A model generated the notes under the pieces. It worked only from the letters and a program-made list of their open reading frames with translations. It searched no databases and had not been told where the DNA came from. The position numbers and the translations under genes are program-made. Below, piece after piece: positions 10,271 through 20,538 of a DNA stretch of 64,000 bases. Position 1 is the first letter of the stretch. Every line of letters starts with the position of its first letter. Origin of the DNA: Candidatus Poribacteria bacterium (GTDB lineage Bacteria > Poribacteria > WGA-4E > WGA-3G); assembly GCA_965242965.1 (NCBI GenBank), contig OZ251518.1, forward strand, positions 3,616,001 to 3,680,000, written 5' to 3'.

Positions 10271-10682
10271 GATGTTCTTCGTCGTAAATGAGGAATTCGA
10301 TGATGGGTTCCGCAGTTTTCGGGGTTAAGCCAGAGCCCGGTTTCCGCATCATTTTATAGACATAGGTCCGCCATTCCGCCGGCTCAAAGTCCGAGTTAAT
10401 CGGGCGCGCCAGGGTATGACACCGGCTGCACTTACGTTCAAACCCCTTGTAGGCATCCTGCATTTGCTGCGGATAGGCGGAAACGTCAATGAAGTTGGTG
10501 CCTTTATCGGCGGGATAAGTTTTCTGCACGGCGCGCGGGGCACGCAGTGCGACAATCATGCCGATGCCTACCAGCACGATGACACCGAGGACGACTATCC
10601 AAACGATTGCGCGTTGCATCTGCATGGTGATTCTCGTTTGTCCGGGCGGCTGTCTCTCGCCACCCGGCGGGATGTCAGACAA
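10266..10682 (-). CDS. Membrane-anchored mono-heme cytochrome c (c-551-like)
   Basis: TM helix, CSRCH heme motif and a distal Met in YKMMRKPGSG. Confidence 0.8.
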   Translation of the reverse strand: MSDIPPGGERQPPGQTRITMQMQRAIVWIVVLGVIVLVGIGMIVALRAPRAVQKTYPADKGTNFIDVSAYPQQMQDAYKGFERKCSRCHTLARPINSDFEPAEWRTYVYKMMRKPGSGLTPKTAEPIIEFLIYDEEHR

Positions 10683-12513
10683 TTTCTTTCACCTTCTGCA
10701 CAATTGCGTTGGCACTGATTCCATGCCGTTCGAGGAGCTCCTCTGGTTTACCGGAACGTGGCATCCCAGTGACTGCGAGTTTGTGGACGCGAATGCCTTC
10801 CGTTGCGACAGCATCTAGCACTGCATCACCGAGTCCGCCTTCTGGATAATGGTCTTCGGCAGTGATGAGGGTTCCGTTCGTCTCTGCTGCTGCCGTGCGG
10901 AGTGCGGCTGCGTCAATCGGCTTGAGAGAATAAACATCTATCACGCGGATGTGAATCCCTTCCTCGCGTAGCGCGTCATGCGCTTTCAAGGCTTCGTGCA
11001 ATGTTACGCCTGCGGCGACGACGGTAACGCTGTCGTTCTCATTTTTGCGGACTACCTTGCTGCCGCCGATGGGGAACTGCTCCTCGTTTGCATAGACGAT
11101 TGGCGTTTGCGGGCGCGAGGTGCGGATGTAAACGATGCCTTCGTATGCGGCAGCTTCGGCGACGAGGCGTTCGGCGGCTACAGCGTCGCTGGGATACAGC
11201 ACCACAGCCCCCGGAATCGCGCGGAACATGGCGATGTCCTCTAACCCCATCTGCGAGGGGCCATCTTCGCCGATGGAGATGCCGCAGTGTGAACCGACGT
11301 ATTTAATGTTCGCCTGCGAGATAGCGGACATCCGCACCTGGTCATAGGCTCGTGACAGGAATGCAGCGAACGTTGAGACAAACGGAATTTTCCCGCGCTT
11401 CGCCAATCCGATGCCCGCGCCGACGAGATTCTGCTCGGCGATGAACATCTCGAAATACCGATTTGGATAGCGTTCCATGAACTGTTCAGCGTAGGTGGAG
11501 TTTTTGGTATCGCCATCTAGTGCGACAACGTTAGGGTTCGCCGCGCCGAGTTTAGCGAGTCCGGTGCCGTAGCCGCCGCGCGTCGCGACTTCTTCGTCGG
11601 GTTGATAGGCGGGTGCCTCAGCAGGCTTGGCAAGCGCGCGGACCGGGGCATCAAAAGCGGTTGGCGATGCAATCTGGGGTGTGTCGTCTGTGAGCGGCCC
11701 GAGTTCCGCCAACGCTTTGTCCAATTCTTCGCCTTTGGGGACAGCCTTCCCGTGCCAGTTGTCAGCGTTTTCAAGGGCTGAAACGCCTTTGCCCTTGAAC
11801 GTCTTGGCGACAATCATCGTCGGTTTATCGGTTGAAGCTTTTGCCTGGGCGAGCGCGGGCAAGATGTCGTCAAAATCGTGCCCATCGATGCCGATGGCGT
11901 TCCACCCGAACGCTTCAAACCGATGGCAGTAAGTCTCAATATCGAATCCGTACATCGTTCGCTGGCTTTGCCCGAGCGCGTTGACATCGACAATCCCGAT
12001 GAGATTGTTGAGGCTGTAATGCGATGCCAGTGCCGCCGCTTCCCAGACGCTCCCCTCCGCAATCTCACCATCGCCGAGGAGGACATAGACGCGGTAGTCA
12101 GATTTGTCAAGGTATTTGCCATTGAGTGCCATGCCGAGCCCGAGGGACAATCCTTGTCCGAGTGAACCTGTTGCGACTTCCGTCCAGTCAAACCTCGGTG
12201 TTGGATGTCCTTCAAGGATGCTGTCAATTTGGCGCAGCGTGAGCAACGCTTCGGTTTCGATGATGCCTGCTTCGGCATAGGCGGCGTAAAGCAGCGGCGC
12301 GGCGTGCCCTTTGGATAAGATGAACCTATCGTTGTTCGGATGCTTTGCGTCGTTCGGTTCATAGCGCATTGCATGAAAAAAGAGCGCGGAGACGATGTCC
12401 GCCGCGGAGAGGCACGTCGTCGGGTGCCCAGAGCCTGCCTCCGATGTGGAGACGAGCGAGTGGATGCGTAGATTATTCGCTTTCTGTGTCAAAAAATGTT
12501 TCAGGTTTTCCAC
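10675..12513 (-). CDS. tkt: Transketolase
   Basis: SGHP, DRFILSKGHAAP, TGSLGQG, LGDGE.AEG, IAEQN and GEDGPSQ motifs. Confidence 0.95.
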   Translation of the reverse strand: MENLKHFLTQKANNLRIHSLVSTSEAGSGHPTTCLSAADIVSALFFHAMRYEPNDAKHPNNDRFILSKGHAAPLLYAAYAEAGIIETEALLTLRQIDSILEGHPTPRFDWTEVATGSLGQGLSLGLGMALNGKYLDKSDYRVYVLLGDGEIAEGSVWEAAALASHYSLNNLIGIVDVNALGQSQRTMYGFDIETYCHRFEAFGWNAIGIDGHDFDDILPALAQAKASTDKPTMIVAKTFKGKGVSALENADNWHGKAVPKGEELDKALAELGPLTDDTPQIASPTAFDAPVRALAKPAEAPAYQPDEEVATRGGYGTGLAKLGAANPNVVALDGDTKNSTYAEQFMERYPNRYFEMFIAEQNLVGAGIGLAKRGKIPFVSTFAAFLSRAYDQVRMSAISQANIKYVGSHCGISIGEDGPSQMGLEDIAMFRAIPGAVVLYPSDAVAAERLVAEAAAYEGIVYIRTSRPQTPIVYANEEQFPIGGSKVVRKNENDSVTVVAAGVTLHEALKAHDALREEGIHIRVIDVYSLKPIDAAALRTAAAETNGTLITAEDHYPEGGLGDAVLDAVATEGIRVHKLAVTGMPRSGKPEELLERHGISANAIVQKVKEIV

Positions 12514-12602
12514 AAATGGTGTTCCTATGGCTGTGTCAGGCGGGCTGCGGCGCGGGCGCGTGTCACTGCGCCTGCGGTTCGCGCCGCGTCCCCCTAATCA
12601 AA

Positions 12603-13220
12603 TCAGAAGTTTCTCGCGTGTGATGCGCCTCGTGCTTTCAACGTTTCAAGTCGGCGTTGCGCGGCTACCACGAGGTAATGCCCGCGCCCGGCTTGTGCGA
12701 AGAGTTCGATGAGCGATTCAAGAACCGCTGAGGCATCCTCAAACGCCTCGGTCTTGACGTAGGATTCCGCCTGCCAATACATCGATTTTGCGATAGTTTC
12801 GTTCGGCCCATGTACCCCGCGTTCCCGTTCATTGACGATGGCATCTTGGAATTTCCCGATAGCCGATTCGTAATTTTTCTCATCGAAGTAAGCATCAACC
12901 GCCGCGGTGTAGGCGAGGTTCTTTTCTTCATACGGACGGAACTGCTCGATAACGGGGAGAGGTGGCTCGTCCTCTATGTCCTCAAAGTAGTCTTCGTCCT
13001 CGAATTCGTCCACGATTTCGTCGTCTTCGTATTCGTCGTCATCGTAGGGGTACTCGATTTCGTCCTCGTCCTCGTCCTCTTCGTCCTCGACATCCTCATC
13101 CAAGTCAATGGAAGGGTCAAAGATTAGTTCAAGAGGCACCGGTTTTTCCTCGTCGTCGGATTTGCGTGGTGCTTTGGCGTTCTTGGCGGATTTGATGAGT
13201 TCATCAAGGTTGAGTGCCAT
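12603..13220 (-). CDS. Hypothetical protein with a long acidic (D/E) tract and a C-terminal TPR-like region
   Basis: MALNLDEL start after a GGAG RBS; about 50-aa D/E-rich segment; YWQAESY helix pair. Confidence 0.7.
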   Translation of the reverse strand: MALNLDELIKSAKNAKAPRKSDDEEKPVPLELIFDPSIDLDEDVEDEEDEDEDEIEYPYDDDEYEDDEIVDEFEDEDYFEDIEDEPPLPVIEQFRPYEEKNLAYTAAVDAYFDEKNYESAIGKFQDAIVNERERGVHGPNETIAKSMYWQAESYVKTEAFEDASAVLESLIELFAQAGRGHYLVVAAQRRLETLKARGASHARNF

Positions 13221-13261
13221 GTGAGTTCTTTCTCCTTGGCGCGTTCTATCGCGCTCAGTTT

Positions 13262-14035
13262 GCGGGCGAGGGCCCTCGGATGCCATCCGCGCATGCGAGC
13301 GGGTTTCCCTCGCCGTGTGTTTTGCTGTCAGACTGCGTTACCTCTGTAGTTCAGGAGCGCCTGCTCCTGACCCGTTTGTGATCAGGCGATCACAAACTAC
13401 AGCGGTGGGCTCGATGCGCCGTCCCCTCACCGTAGGGCGAGGGCCTGTCCCTCGCCATGTGTTTTGCTGTCAGACTGCGTTACCTCTGTAGGTCAGGAGC
13501 ACCTGCTCCTGACCTGTTTGTGATCAGGCGATCACAAACTACAGAGGTGGGTCCGATGCGCCGTTCCCTCACCGTAGGGCGAGGGCCTGTCCCTCGCCAT
13601 GCGTTTTGCTGTCAGACTGCGTCACCTCTGTAGTTCAGGAGCGCCTGCTCCTGACCTGTTTGTGATCAGGCGATCACAAACTACAGAGGGGGCCGATGCG
13701 CCGTTCCCTCACCGTAGGGCGAGGGCCTGTCCCTCGCCATGCCTCGCTCGAGCGGGAAACGGCTTTGGCTGGCGTGCGTTTTTCGCGCAGATCGTGCGCT
13801 CGCGGGGGACAGGCCCCCGCGCTACGATAAAAAAACGTCTCTTAGGTCCGTAGGACTTAAAACGCTATCTCTTGCCGCTGGCGATCGCGGGGGACAGGCC
13901 CCCGCGCTACGGTAAACGAGGGCCTGTCCCTCGCCAAGCCGGGAGCAATGACATCGAGCCCCGAGGTCTCTCCTACCGGAACATTGAGCCCCGAGGTCTC
14001 GCCTACGGGGGTGCATCGCGATATGAAACACCCTC
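13262..14035. repeat. REP cluster with a ~141-bp unit in three tandem copies (about 13317-13740) and a solo terminal repeat at 14035
   Basis: Repeated TTTTGCTGTCAGACTGCG...GTAG C-doublet...A unit. Confidence 0.9.
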
Positions 14036-14038
14036 AAA

Positions 14039-14836
14039 TTAATACTTGACTTTCACGTCGGCCCAGGTGGTAGTCGTTTTGTCGGCAGGATCGACTGCCA
14101 ACACGGCGAAGTAGAGTCCATCATTCATGAGTTTCTGGATATCCTCTTCCGCCAAGGCGACATCGAAGATGGCGACTTCGTCGATAATCACTTCGCCAAA
14201 TCGTCCATCGCAGCAGGTATCTCTACCGATGAAAACGGGGCCATCATCCGCATCAATGGGATTCTTGGTGAGATCCATCGCGCTCTCCTCTTTCCCATCA
14301 ATATAGATAAACCACTCCCCAGTTTTGCTATCGTAGGTTGTGGTATACATGTGCCACTCGGTAATATCATCGGGGCCGACTTCGCCATCGCGCCAGCCGC
14401 CCGGTTTATTCCAGCACCCGCCGTTGCAAATCGGCCAGGAGACGTTTTTGGTGCCCTGGTTCGGATGGATAATATAGGCATCCCGTTTCTCCACGAGAAA
14501 GCCGTGCTGAGTCCAAGTGTCGGTGAGGCTCTTTGCCCAGATAGTGACGGTTATCGCATCCGTTGGGCTATCATGTTCTGGGATTTGAACGTAGGCACCT
14601 GAGCCATCGAGTTCAAGGCCTTCGCCGAATTTGCCTTGCACCCATTTCGGCTTGCCTTCAAACTCGCCATCGAGTCCGTTCCCGGACGCATCGCTCGCGA
14701 CTTTGCCGTTGCCTTCATCAAACAGCCAGAGGCCGACGACGGTATCCGGATCGATCGCGGCGGATACGTCAAAGCCTGCGCCTACAAAAAGGATACCGAT
14801 GCAGACGAGGACTACGCTTTTAACGCTGAAGTTCAT
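14039..14836 (-). CDS. Secreted LamG-like domain protein
   Basis: Signal peptide; WLFDEG, GKFGEGL, YIDG and IDEVAIF motifs; C-terminal KTTTTWADVK. Confidence 0.85.
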   Translation of the reverse strand: MNFSVKSVVLVCIGILFVGAGFDVSAAIDPDTVVGLWLFDEGNGKVASDASGNGLDGEFEGKPKWVQGKFGEGLELDGSGAYVQIPEHDSPTDAITVTIWAKSLTDTWTQHGFLVEKRDAYIIHPNQGTKNVSWPICNGGCWNKPGGWRDGEVGPDDITEWHMYTTTYDSKTGEWFIYIDGKEESAMDLTKNPIDADDGPVFIGRDTCCDGRFGEVIIDEVAIFDVALAEEDIQKLMNDGLYFAVLAVDPADKTTTTWADVKVKY

Positions 14837-14936
14837 ATTGATTTACCTCCTGTTTGCACTTACAAATAGAAACATGCCATGAAATATTCAATAACATTAT
14901 GATAACAAATTTATGAAAATATGTCAAGAAAAAAAG

Positions 14937-14965
14937 TTGACTGCAAATCGAATTTTGTCTATAAT
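14937..14965 (+). promoter_or_regulatory. Sigma70-type promoter
   Basis: TTGACT-17-TATAAT, directly followed by a MITE-like element. Confidence 0.7.
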
Positions 14966-14969
14966 GAAT

Positions 14970-15231
14970 GAGGGTGTTTCATAAATCGCCCAACGTCGCG
15001 GTGAAACCCGCTCGGATGCGCGTGTGGCATCCGAGGGCCCCGCGCTACGGTGAAAAAAACGCCGCCCCTTCACCGTAGGGCGAGGGCCTGTCCCTCGCCA
15101 GCGTTCACGCGCCAGGCCTGTAGGTCAAGATCGCCTGATCTTGACCCGTTCGGGATCGGGCGATCCCGAACTACAGAGGTGGGCCCGATGCGCCCTCCCC
15201 TCAAGGGTGGATAAATTTATGAAACACCCTG
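14970..15231. mobile_element. MITE-like element carrying REP modules
   Basis: TIRs GAGGGTGTTTCATAAAT / ATTTATGAAACACCCTG; flanks ATAATGAAT / ATAATAAAT (8 of 9 match). Confidence 0.8.
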
Positions 15232-15298
15232 ATAATAAATAGGAAAGACATGAAACGTTTGGAAAGGAGCAGATTTGCCCTACTTTTCAGGAAAGGCT

Positions 15299-16372
15299 AT
15301 GAAGCGAATAGGACTTATTTTTTTATTTTTGATGCTCTGGGGTAACACCGCAAGCGCGATGCTCATTGCGCAAGCCGTAACCGAACCAGCAGTGCAAACG
15401 CCGCCGACAGGGACAGAAGTCAGCCCGGCAACAGAGACAGAAAAACCGGAAGAACCGGAAGAACCCGCGATGGAGATGGCAGCACCAGATGAACCTGCCG
15501 CCATGCCGCTGGAGGTTGAAGAACCGTCGGCTGCAACAGCGTCACCCGCGACACCGCCGCCGTGGCAGGGAAAACGGCGGGTGCTAAAAATCGTTAACGA
15601 TTATCAGTTGACAGCGGACGAAGTGGTGACGACGCTTGTCATCATCGCAGGAGACGCGACGCTACACGGGACAGTCACCGGGAATGTCCTGGTGCTTGGC
15701 GGCGATGTGGCACTCACGCCGACAGCACAGATAGACGGGACGCTGCGCGTTATCGGCGGACAGGTGAGCGGCGGCACGGGAATGGAGCGGCATATCTACG
15801 TCCACAACGGCTGGCGCATGGTGCCGGCTGGCACGCGTATCCTGATGCAACCGCAAACTGTCTGGGGGATTAGCAAACGCGGGAACTTATGGTTAACCGG
15901 CACCAAGTTTGGGATTTCCTGCCTTACCTATCTGTTACTGGCACTCATTTTCTCCCGGCAGTTGCAACGGATGGTGACGCGGATGAGCGAACATCCTGTC
16001 GGAACAGTGCTGTGCGGCATCCTGATGCTGGTATTTATTCCGGTGCTGCTCGGCCTGTTAACGCTCTCCATTGTCGGCATCCCCTGCATGTTTCTGGTTT
16101 TAGGGGTGTTGTTCGGCATGGCGATTTACGGCAAGACAGCCTTTTTTCTGTTGATTGGCGGCACCCTGCTGTCTGGCCGTCTAAAACCGCTCGCCGTGAT
16201 TTTCGGATACATCCTCTATTTCATGGCGACCTCGGTGCCTTATATTGACTGGGTGACGTTTCTCGTTGTCAATTCCATTGCGGTGGGCATCTGCTTGCTG
16301 AGCGGTGCAGGGCAGCAATCAGCGCGGCTCGTCCGAAACGCTTACACACCGCGACCGGCGGTGCATTATTAG
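15299..16372 (+). CDS. Membrane protein with a bactofilin/polymer-forming-like beta-helix and C-terminal TM helices
   Basis: Signal peptide, P/E-rich linker, repeated G-V-GNVLVLGGDV motif, several TM helices. Confidence 0.6.
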   Translation: MKRIGLIFLFLMLWGNTASAMLIAQAVTEPAVQTPPTGTEVSPATETEKPEEPEEPAMEMAAPDEPAAMPLEVEEPSAATASPATPPPWQGKRRVLKIVNDYQLTADEVVTTLVIIAGDATLHGTVTGNVLVLGGDVALTPTAQIDGTLRVIGGQVSGGTGMERHIYVHNGWRMVPAGTRILMQPQTVWGISKRGNLWLTGTKFGISCLTYLLLALIFSRQLQRMVTRMSEHPVGTVLCGILMLVFIPVLLGLLTLSIVGIPCMFLVLGVLFGMAIYGKTAFFLLIGGTLLSGRLKPLAVIFGYILYFMATSVPYIDWVTFLVVNSIAVGICLLSGAGQQSARLVRNAYTPRPAVHY

Positions 16373-17374
16373 ATGCATTTCAAAACGCCTCTTTTTTTCA
16401 TTTTGCTCATCGTGTTGCCGTTATTAGGCGGCTATTGGTGGTGGATTCGCCGCGGGACGCGTGCCATCGTGCCGGTTCGCATGAACTTTTCGGACATCGG
16501 CGCGATGCAGCAACTGCCGAAAACGGCGGCGGTGAAAGCACTCCCGCTACTGAAGGTTCTCCGATTGTGCGTCATCGCACTCCTGATATGCGCGCTCGCG
16601 CAGCCGCAACTCTCGCAAAGCCGCGAGCAGAAGTTTTATGAGGGGATTGATATTTTGCTCGTGCTTGATATCTCGGAGAGTATGCGCGCCGAGGACTTTC
16701 AAGGCGCGAACAGAATCCAAGCAGCGAAAACCGTCATCACCGATTTCCTTGAAAACCGCAAAAATGACCGGATTGGACTGGTGGTTTTCTCCGGCGAGAG
16801 TTTCACGCTGTGTCCCCTCACGCTGGATTATCCGGTGTTAACGGAGCTCCTCCGCGAGGTGAAAATCGGGCAGTTAACGGACGGCACTGCCATCGGCGAT
16901 GCGATTCTGACTGCCACGCAGCGGCTGCGCGCCTCCGAAGCGAAGAGCAAGATTGTCATTTTGTTAACCGATGGCGAAAATAACGCCGGCACAATTCAGC
17001 CGAACGCCGCCGCGGAAATGGCGGCAGCTTTCGGCATCAAAGTTTACACCATCGGCATGGGCAAGGCGGGCGGCGCGTTGATTCCTTATGAAGATACCAC
17101 CTTCGGCAAACGCTACCGCGAAGTGTTGACGTATCTGGACGAGGACACCCTCAAACACATTGCGGACATGACACGCGGCCGCTATTTTCGGGCTACCGAT
17201 ATGCAGTCGTTGACGAATGTCTACGCGGAAATTGACAGGTTTGAAAAGACGAAGTTTGAAGTTGTTACATCGATTGACTACAAGGAGCTCGCGCCCTATT
17301 TCTTGATTCCGGCGGTGCTGCTGTTGGGACTGGAGATTTTGCTGAGCAACACCGTGCTGCGGAAAATTCCATAG
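16373..17374 (+). CDS. batA: VWA domain protein (BatA-like)
   Basis: MIDAS motif DISESM; DRIGLVVF, GTAIGDA, LLTDGENN and GRYFRA. Confidence 0.85.
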   Translation: MHFKTPLFFILLIVLPLLGGYWWWIRRGTRAIVPVRMNFSDIGAMQQLPKTAAVKALPLLKVLRLCVIALLICALAQPQLSQSREQKFYEGIDILLVLDISESMRAEDFQGANRIQAAKTVITDFLENRKNDRIGLVVFSGESFTLCPLTLDYPVLTELLREVKIGQLTDGTAIGDAILTATQRLRASEAKSKIVILLTDGENNAGTIQPNAAAEMAAAFGIKVYTIGMGKAGGALIPYEDTTFGKRYREVLTYLDEDTLKHIADMTRGRYFRATDMQSLTNVYAEIDRFEKTKFEVVTSIDYKELAPYFLIPAVLLLGLEILLSNTVLRKIP

Positions 17375-17384
17375 GAGAAAAAAT

Positions 17385-18146
17385 ATGAAAAACATCATTG
17401 CGTGCAATTTAGGAAGTTATAGACAGTTTCGCGAGGCGGCTTATCCGCACTTGGCGGCAATCGGGCTCACCAATGTCGAAATCGGCGTGCCTTCCGAGGA
17501 TTCGGTAGTTGCCGTCCAATCTGCCTTAGACGCGCATGGGCTGACTGCCACGAGTCTTCTCGGCCGCTGCGATGTCCAATCCGAAACGGTTGTCTCGGAT
17601 TTTCAGGCGACGCTAGAAACCGCCGATAAGATGGACGTGAAGATTATCTTCGTGAGCGTCCATGCCGGTGATACCGAACGGGGTGTTGTCTATGAACGCC
17701 TCCGCGCCATCGGTGAGAACGCCGCGCCATCGGGTATTAAGGTGTGTTTGGAAACGCATCCAGATCTGGCGCACAACGGTGACATCGCGCTGGAGACGAT
17801 AACGGCTGTCAATCACCCGAACATCTGCGTCAATTTTGATACCGGGAACGTCTATTATTACAACCACAACGTGACAGCGACAGCGGAGGTTCAGAAGGTG
17901 CTGCCGCATGTCGGCGCGGTGCATCTGAAGGATACGAACGGCGGCTATCGGACGTGGCATTTCCCAACGCTCGGCGAAGGCGTTGTCGATTTCAAAGCGG
18001 TGTTCCAAACGCTAAACGATGCCGATTTCTACGGGCCCTTCACCATGGAATTGGAAGGCATTGAGGGTGAGACTCTTGACGAAGCGGGTGTGAAGGCGCG
18101 CGTCGCAGATTCGTTGCAACATCTGAAAGATATTGGAGTTATCTAA
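17385..18146 (+). CDS. Sugar phosphate isomerase/epimerase (AP endonuclease 2 TIM barrel)
   Basis: LETH, NFDTGN, VHLKD, GEGVVDF and MELE motifs. Confidence 0.85.
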   Translation: MKNIIACNLGSYRQFREAAYPHLAAIGLTNVEIGVPSEDSVVAVQSALDAHGLTATSLLGRCDVQSETVVSDFQATLETADKMDVKIIFVSVHAGDTERGVVYERLRAIGENAAPSGIKVCLETHPDLAHNGDIALETITAVNHPNICVNFDTGNVYYYNHNVTATAEVQKVLPHVGAVHLKDTNGGYRTWHFPTLGEGVVDFKAVFQTLNDADFYGPFTMELEGIEGETLDEAGVKARVADSLQHLKDIGVI

Positions 18147-18505
18147 TGGACATCAACGCTTGTGTCATCAACATCGCGCAGGGGGAACGCGTCGGCGAGG
18201 CACTCGGCGAGTGCTTGGATACACCCGATATGACGACGATGGGGGCTTTCAGCGTTTCCAAGGAAAACCCCACTGAACTCCACTATCACGACTACGATGA
18301 GTATTGGTATTTTACCGAGGGGACGACAACGGTGACGCTCCGCGCAGCAGATGGACAGCGCGCGTCTTACCGCGTGGGTGCGGGAGAGTTGGTTGTCACA
18401 CCTAAGGGGATTGAGCATGCGCATGTTCCCGATGATGTCGTGAAAGGCGTGCAGTGGGTGAGCATAATTCATCCTGAGGCGCGTCGCGGGCATTTATACC
18501 GATAG
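18146..18505 (+). CDS. Cupin domain protein
   Basis: HYHDYDEYW...PKGIEH. Confidence 0.8.
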   Translation: MDINACVINIAQGERVGEALGECLDTPDMTTMGAFSVSKENPTELHYHDYDEYWYFTEGTTTVTLRAADGQRASYRVGAGELVVTPKGIEHAHVPDDVVKGVQWVSIIHPEARRGHLYR

Positions 18506-18521
18506 GCGTGAGGAGATAAAA

Positions 18522-19406
18522 ATGTCAACACAGACAACTGACATGCCGATGCGGCGGTTAGGACGGACAGACTTGAAGGTAACGTGTCTCGGCATGGGCG
18601 GTGCCGGCATCGGCAGAGGCGGTGTCACCGATGACGAAGCGGTTGCTGCCGTGCGCCGCGCGATAGAGCTCGGCATCAACTACCTTGACACTGCCCCGCT
18701 CTACGGTGAAAGTGAACGGCGCGTCGGGCTCGCACTGGCAGATGGATGGCGCGAGAAGATTTTTCTCGCCACTAAAACAGGGACGCACCCCGAATGGCGA
18801 GGCGACTACAGCGGCTCCGGCACCCGCCGAAGTGTCGAAAATAGCCTGCGACTCTTAGGCACCGATTATCTTGATGTCTGCCTCGTGCATGATCCTGAGG
18901 ATATGGAGCCTGTCGTGGCGAAAGGCGGCGCGTTTGATGAACTGCAACGGATGCGCGAGGAAGGCATCGTCAAGTTCATCGGGCTCGGCGTGCGGGAACA
19001 CGAATTCCATCAAATCGCCATCGAGACAGGAGTAGTCGACGTGATTTTGACGTATCTCGATTACACGCTGCTCAGCCAGACTGCCGATGAGTGGCTGCTG
19101 CCACTTGCCGTGGAAAACGACATCGGCGTTATCAACGGCAGTCCCATCGCGATGGGACTGCTTTCCGGCGAGGAGCCCGATATCTCAGTCAGGCCGCCGG
19201 AGGGGAGAAAGGCGCATCGGCTGTGGCGTTGGACGATTGAAAATGAGGTGAATCTGCTGAACCTCGCCATCCAATTCTGTTTTCGGCAACCGCGCATCGC
19301 TATGAATCTGACGGGTGCCAAGAATGTGACAGAGGTGGAGCAGTGTGTCGCCGCGGCGACAACACCGGTGCCTTCGGAAGTATGGGAGCAGTTCCCGCTC
19401 CCGTAG
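18522..19406 (+). CDS. Aldo/keto reductase
   Basis: LGRT, DTAPLYG, ATK and SLRLLGTDYLD motifs; the stop TAG is supplied by the GTAG of a REP. Confidence 0.9.
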   Translation: MSTQTTDMPMRRLGRTDLKVTCLGMGGAGIGRGGVTDDEAVAAVRRAIELGINYLDTAPLYGESERRVGLALADGWREKIFLATKTGTHPEWRGDYSGSGTRRSVENSLRLLGTDYLDVCLVHDPEDMEPVVAKGGAFDELQRMREEGIVKFIGLGVREHEFHQIAIETGVVDVILTYLDYTLLSQTADEWLLPLAVENDIGVINGSPIAMGLLSGEEPDISVRPPEGRKAHRLWRWTIENEVNLLNLAIQFCFRQPRIAMNLTGAKNVTEVEQCVAAATTPVPSEVWEQFPLP

Positions 19407-19680
19407 GGCGAGGGCCTGTCCCTCGCCATGCCACGATCGCGGGGGACAGGCCCCCGCGCTACGTTTTGGGTGGCGTTTCCCGTTACCGTAGGGCGAGGGC
19501 CTGTCCCTCGCCACGCGACGATCGCGGGGGCCTGTCCCCCGCGCTACGGTGAAAAAACGTGCCGCATACCGTAGGGCGAGGGCCTGTCCCTCGCCATGCC
19601 ACGATCGCGGGGGACAGGCCCCCGCGCTACGTTTTGGGTGGCGTTTTGAAGTTTGCGGGGGACAGGCCCCCACACTACGT
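19402..19680. repeat. Tandem A/A' REPIN doublets
   Basis: Three inverted A-A' pairs. Confidence 0.9.
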
Positions 19681-19728
19681 TTCAATGGACGTGCTATAGA
19701 GGACGGGCTTTCCAGCCCGTGAAATCTG

Positions 19729-20478
19729 ATGAAATTTGAAGGAAGAATTGCATTGATAACCGGCGCGAGCCGCGGCATTGGAGAAGCAACCGCGCTGAAA
19801 CTCGCCAGCGAAGGCGCGAATGTCGCCGTGCATTACGCGAAATCAGCCGACAAGGCAGAAACGGTGTGCGAACAAATCCGAGCCCTCGGCAGAAACACTA
19901 TATCAGTGCAGGCAGATGTCGCCGACAGAGACGCTGTCAACCGCATGGTTACGCAGGTTACGGAAAAACTTGGCCCAATTGAGTTGCTCGTCAATAACGC
20001 TGGCGATGTCGGCTCCGTAGCGTTTTCGGAGCTCACCCCCGAACACTGGGATAGAATTATCGCCGTGAACCTGACGGGGCCTTTCAACGTGCTATGGGCA
20101 GTGAAGCCGGGGATGATTGCGCGGCGGTTTGGGCGCGTCGTCAATGTCTCGTCTATCGCCGCGTTGGCAGTACGCCCAGATCAGCTGCCGTATGCGGCGG
20201 CGAAAGCCGGGGTAATCTCACTGACGAAGTCGTGTTGCGGTCCGCTCGCGCAGCACAATATCCGCGTCAATTCGGTTGCACCCGGTGCCATCGCGACGGA
20301 TATGCTAGGTGAAATTACACCGGCATTCGCCGAGCACCTCCGTGAAACGACACCCCTTGGCAGGCTGGGTGAGCCGGCAGAGATGGCGAATGTCATCGCA
20401 TTCTTGCTGAGCGAGGAATCGAGTTATATGACGGGCGCGACGGTGATTGCTAGTGGGGGCCGGATTCTGATTCCGTAG
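19729..20478 (+). CDS. SDR family oxidoreductase (FabG-like)
   Basis: TGASRGIG, NNAG, YAAAK and VNSVAPG motifs. Confidence 0.9.
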   Translation: MKFEGRIALITGASRGIGEATALKLASEGANVAVHYAKSADKAETVCEQIRALGRNTISVQADVADRDAVNRMVTQVTEKLGPIELLVNNAGDVGSVAFSELTPEHWDRIIAVNLTGPFNVLWAVKPGMIARRFGRVVNVSSIAALAVRPDQLPYAAAKAGVISLTKSCCGPLAQHNIRVNSVAPGAIATDMLGEITPAFAEHLRETTPLGRLGEPAEMANVIAFLLSEESSYMTGATVIASGGRILIP

Positions 20479-20538
20479 ATGGGGGCTATAGAAATCCTTC
20501 CTTGCAGGGTTGATCGGGATGTTAGACCTCCTCACCCC

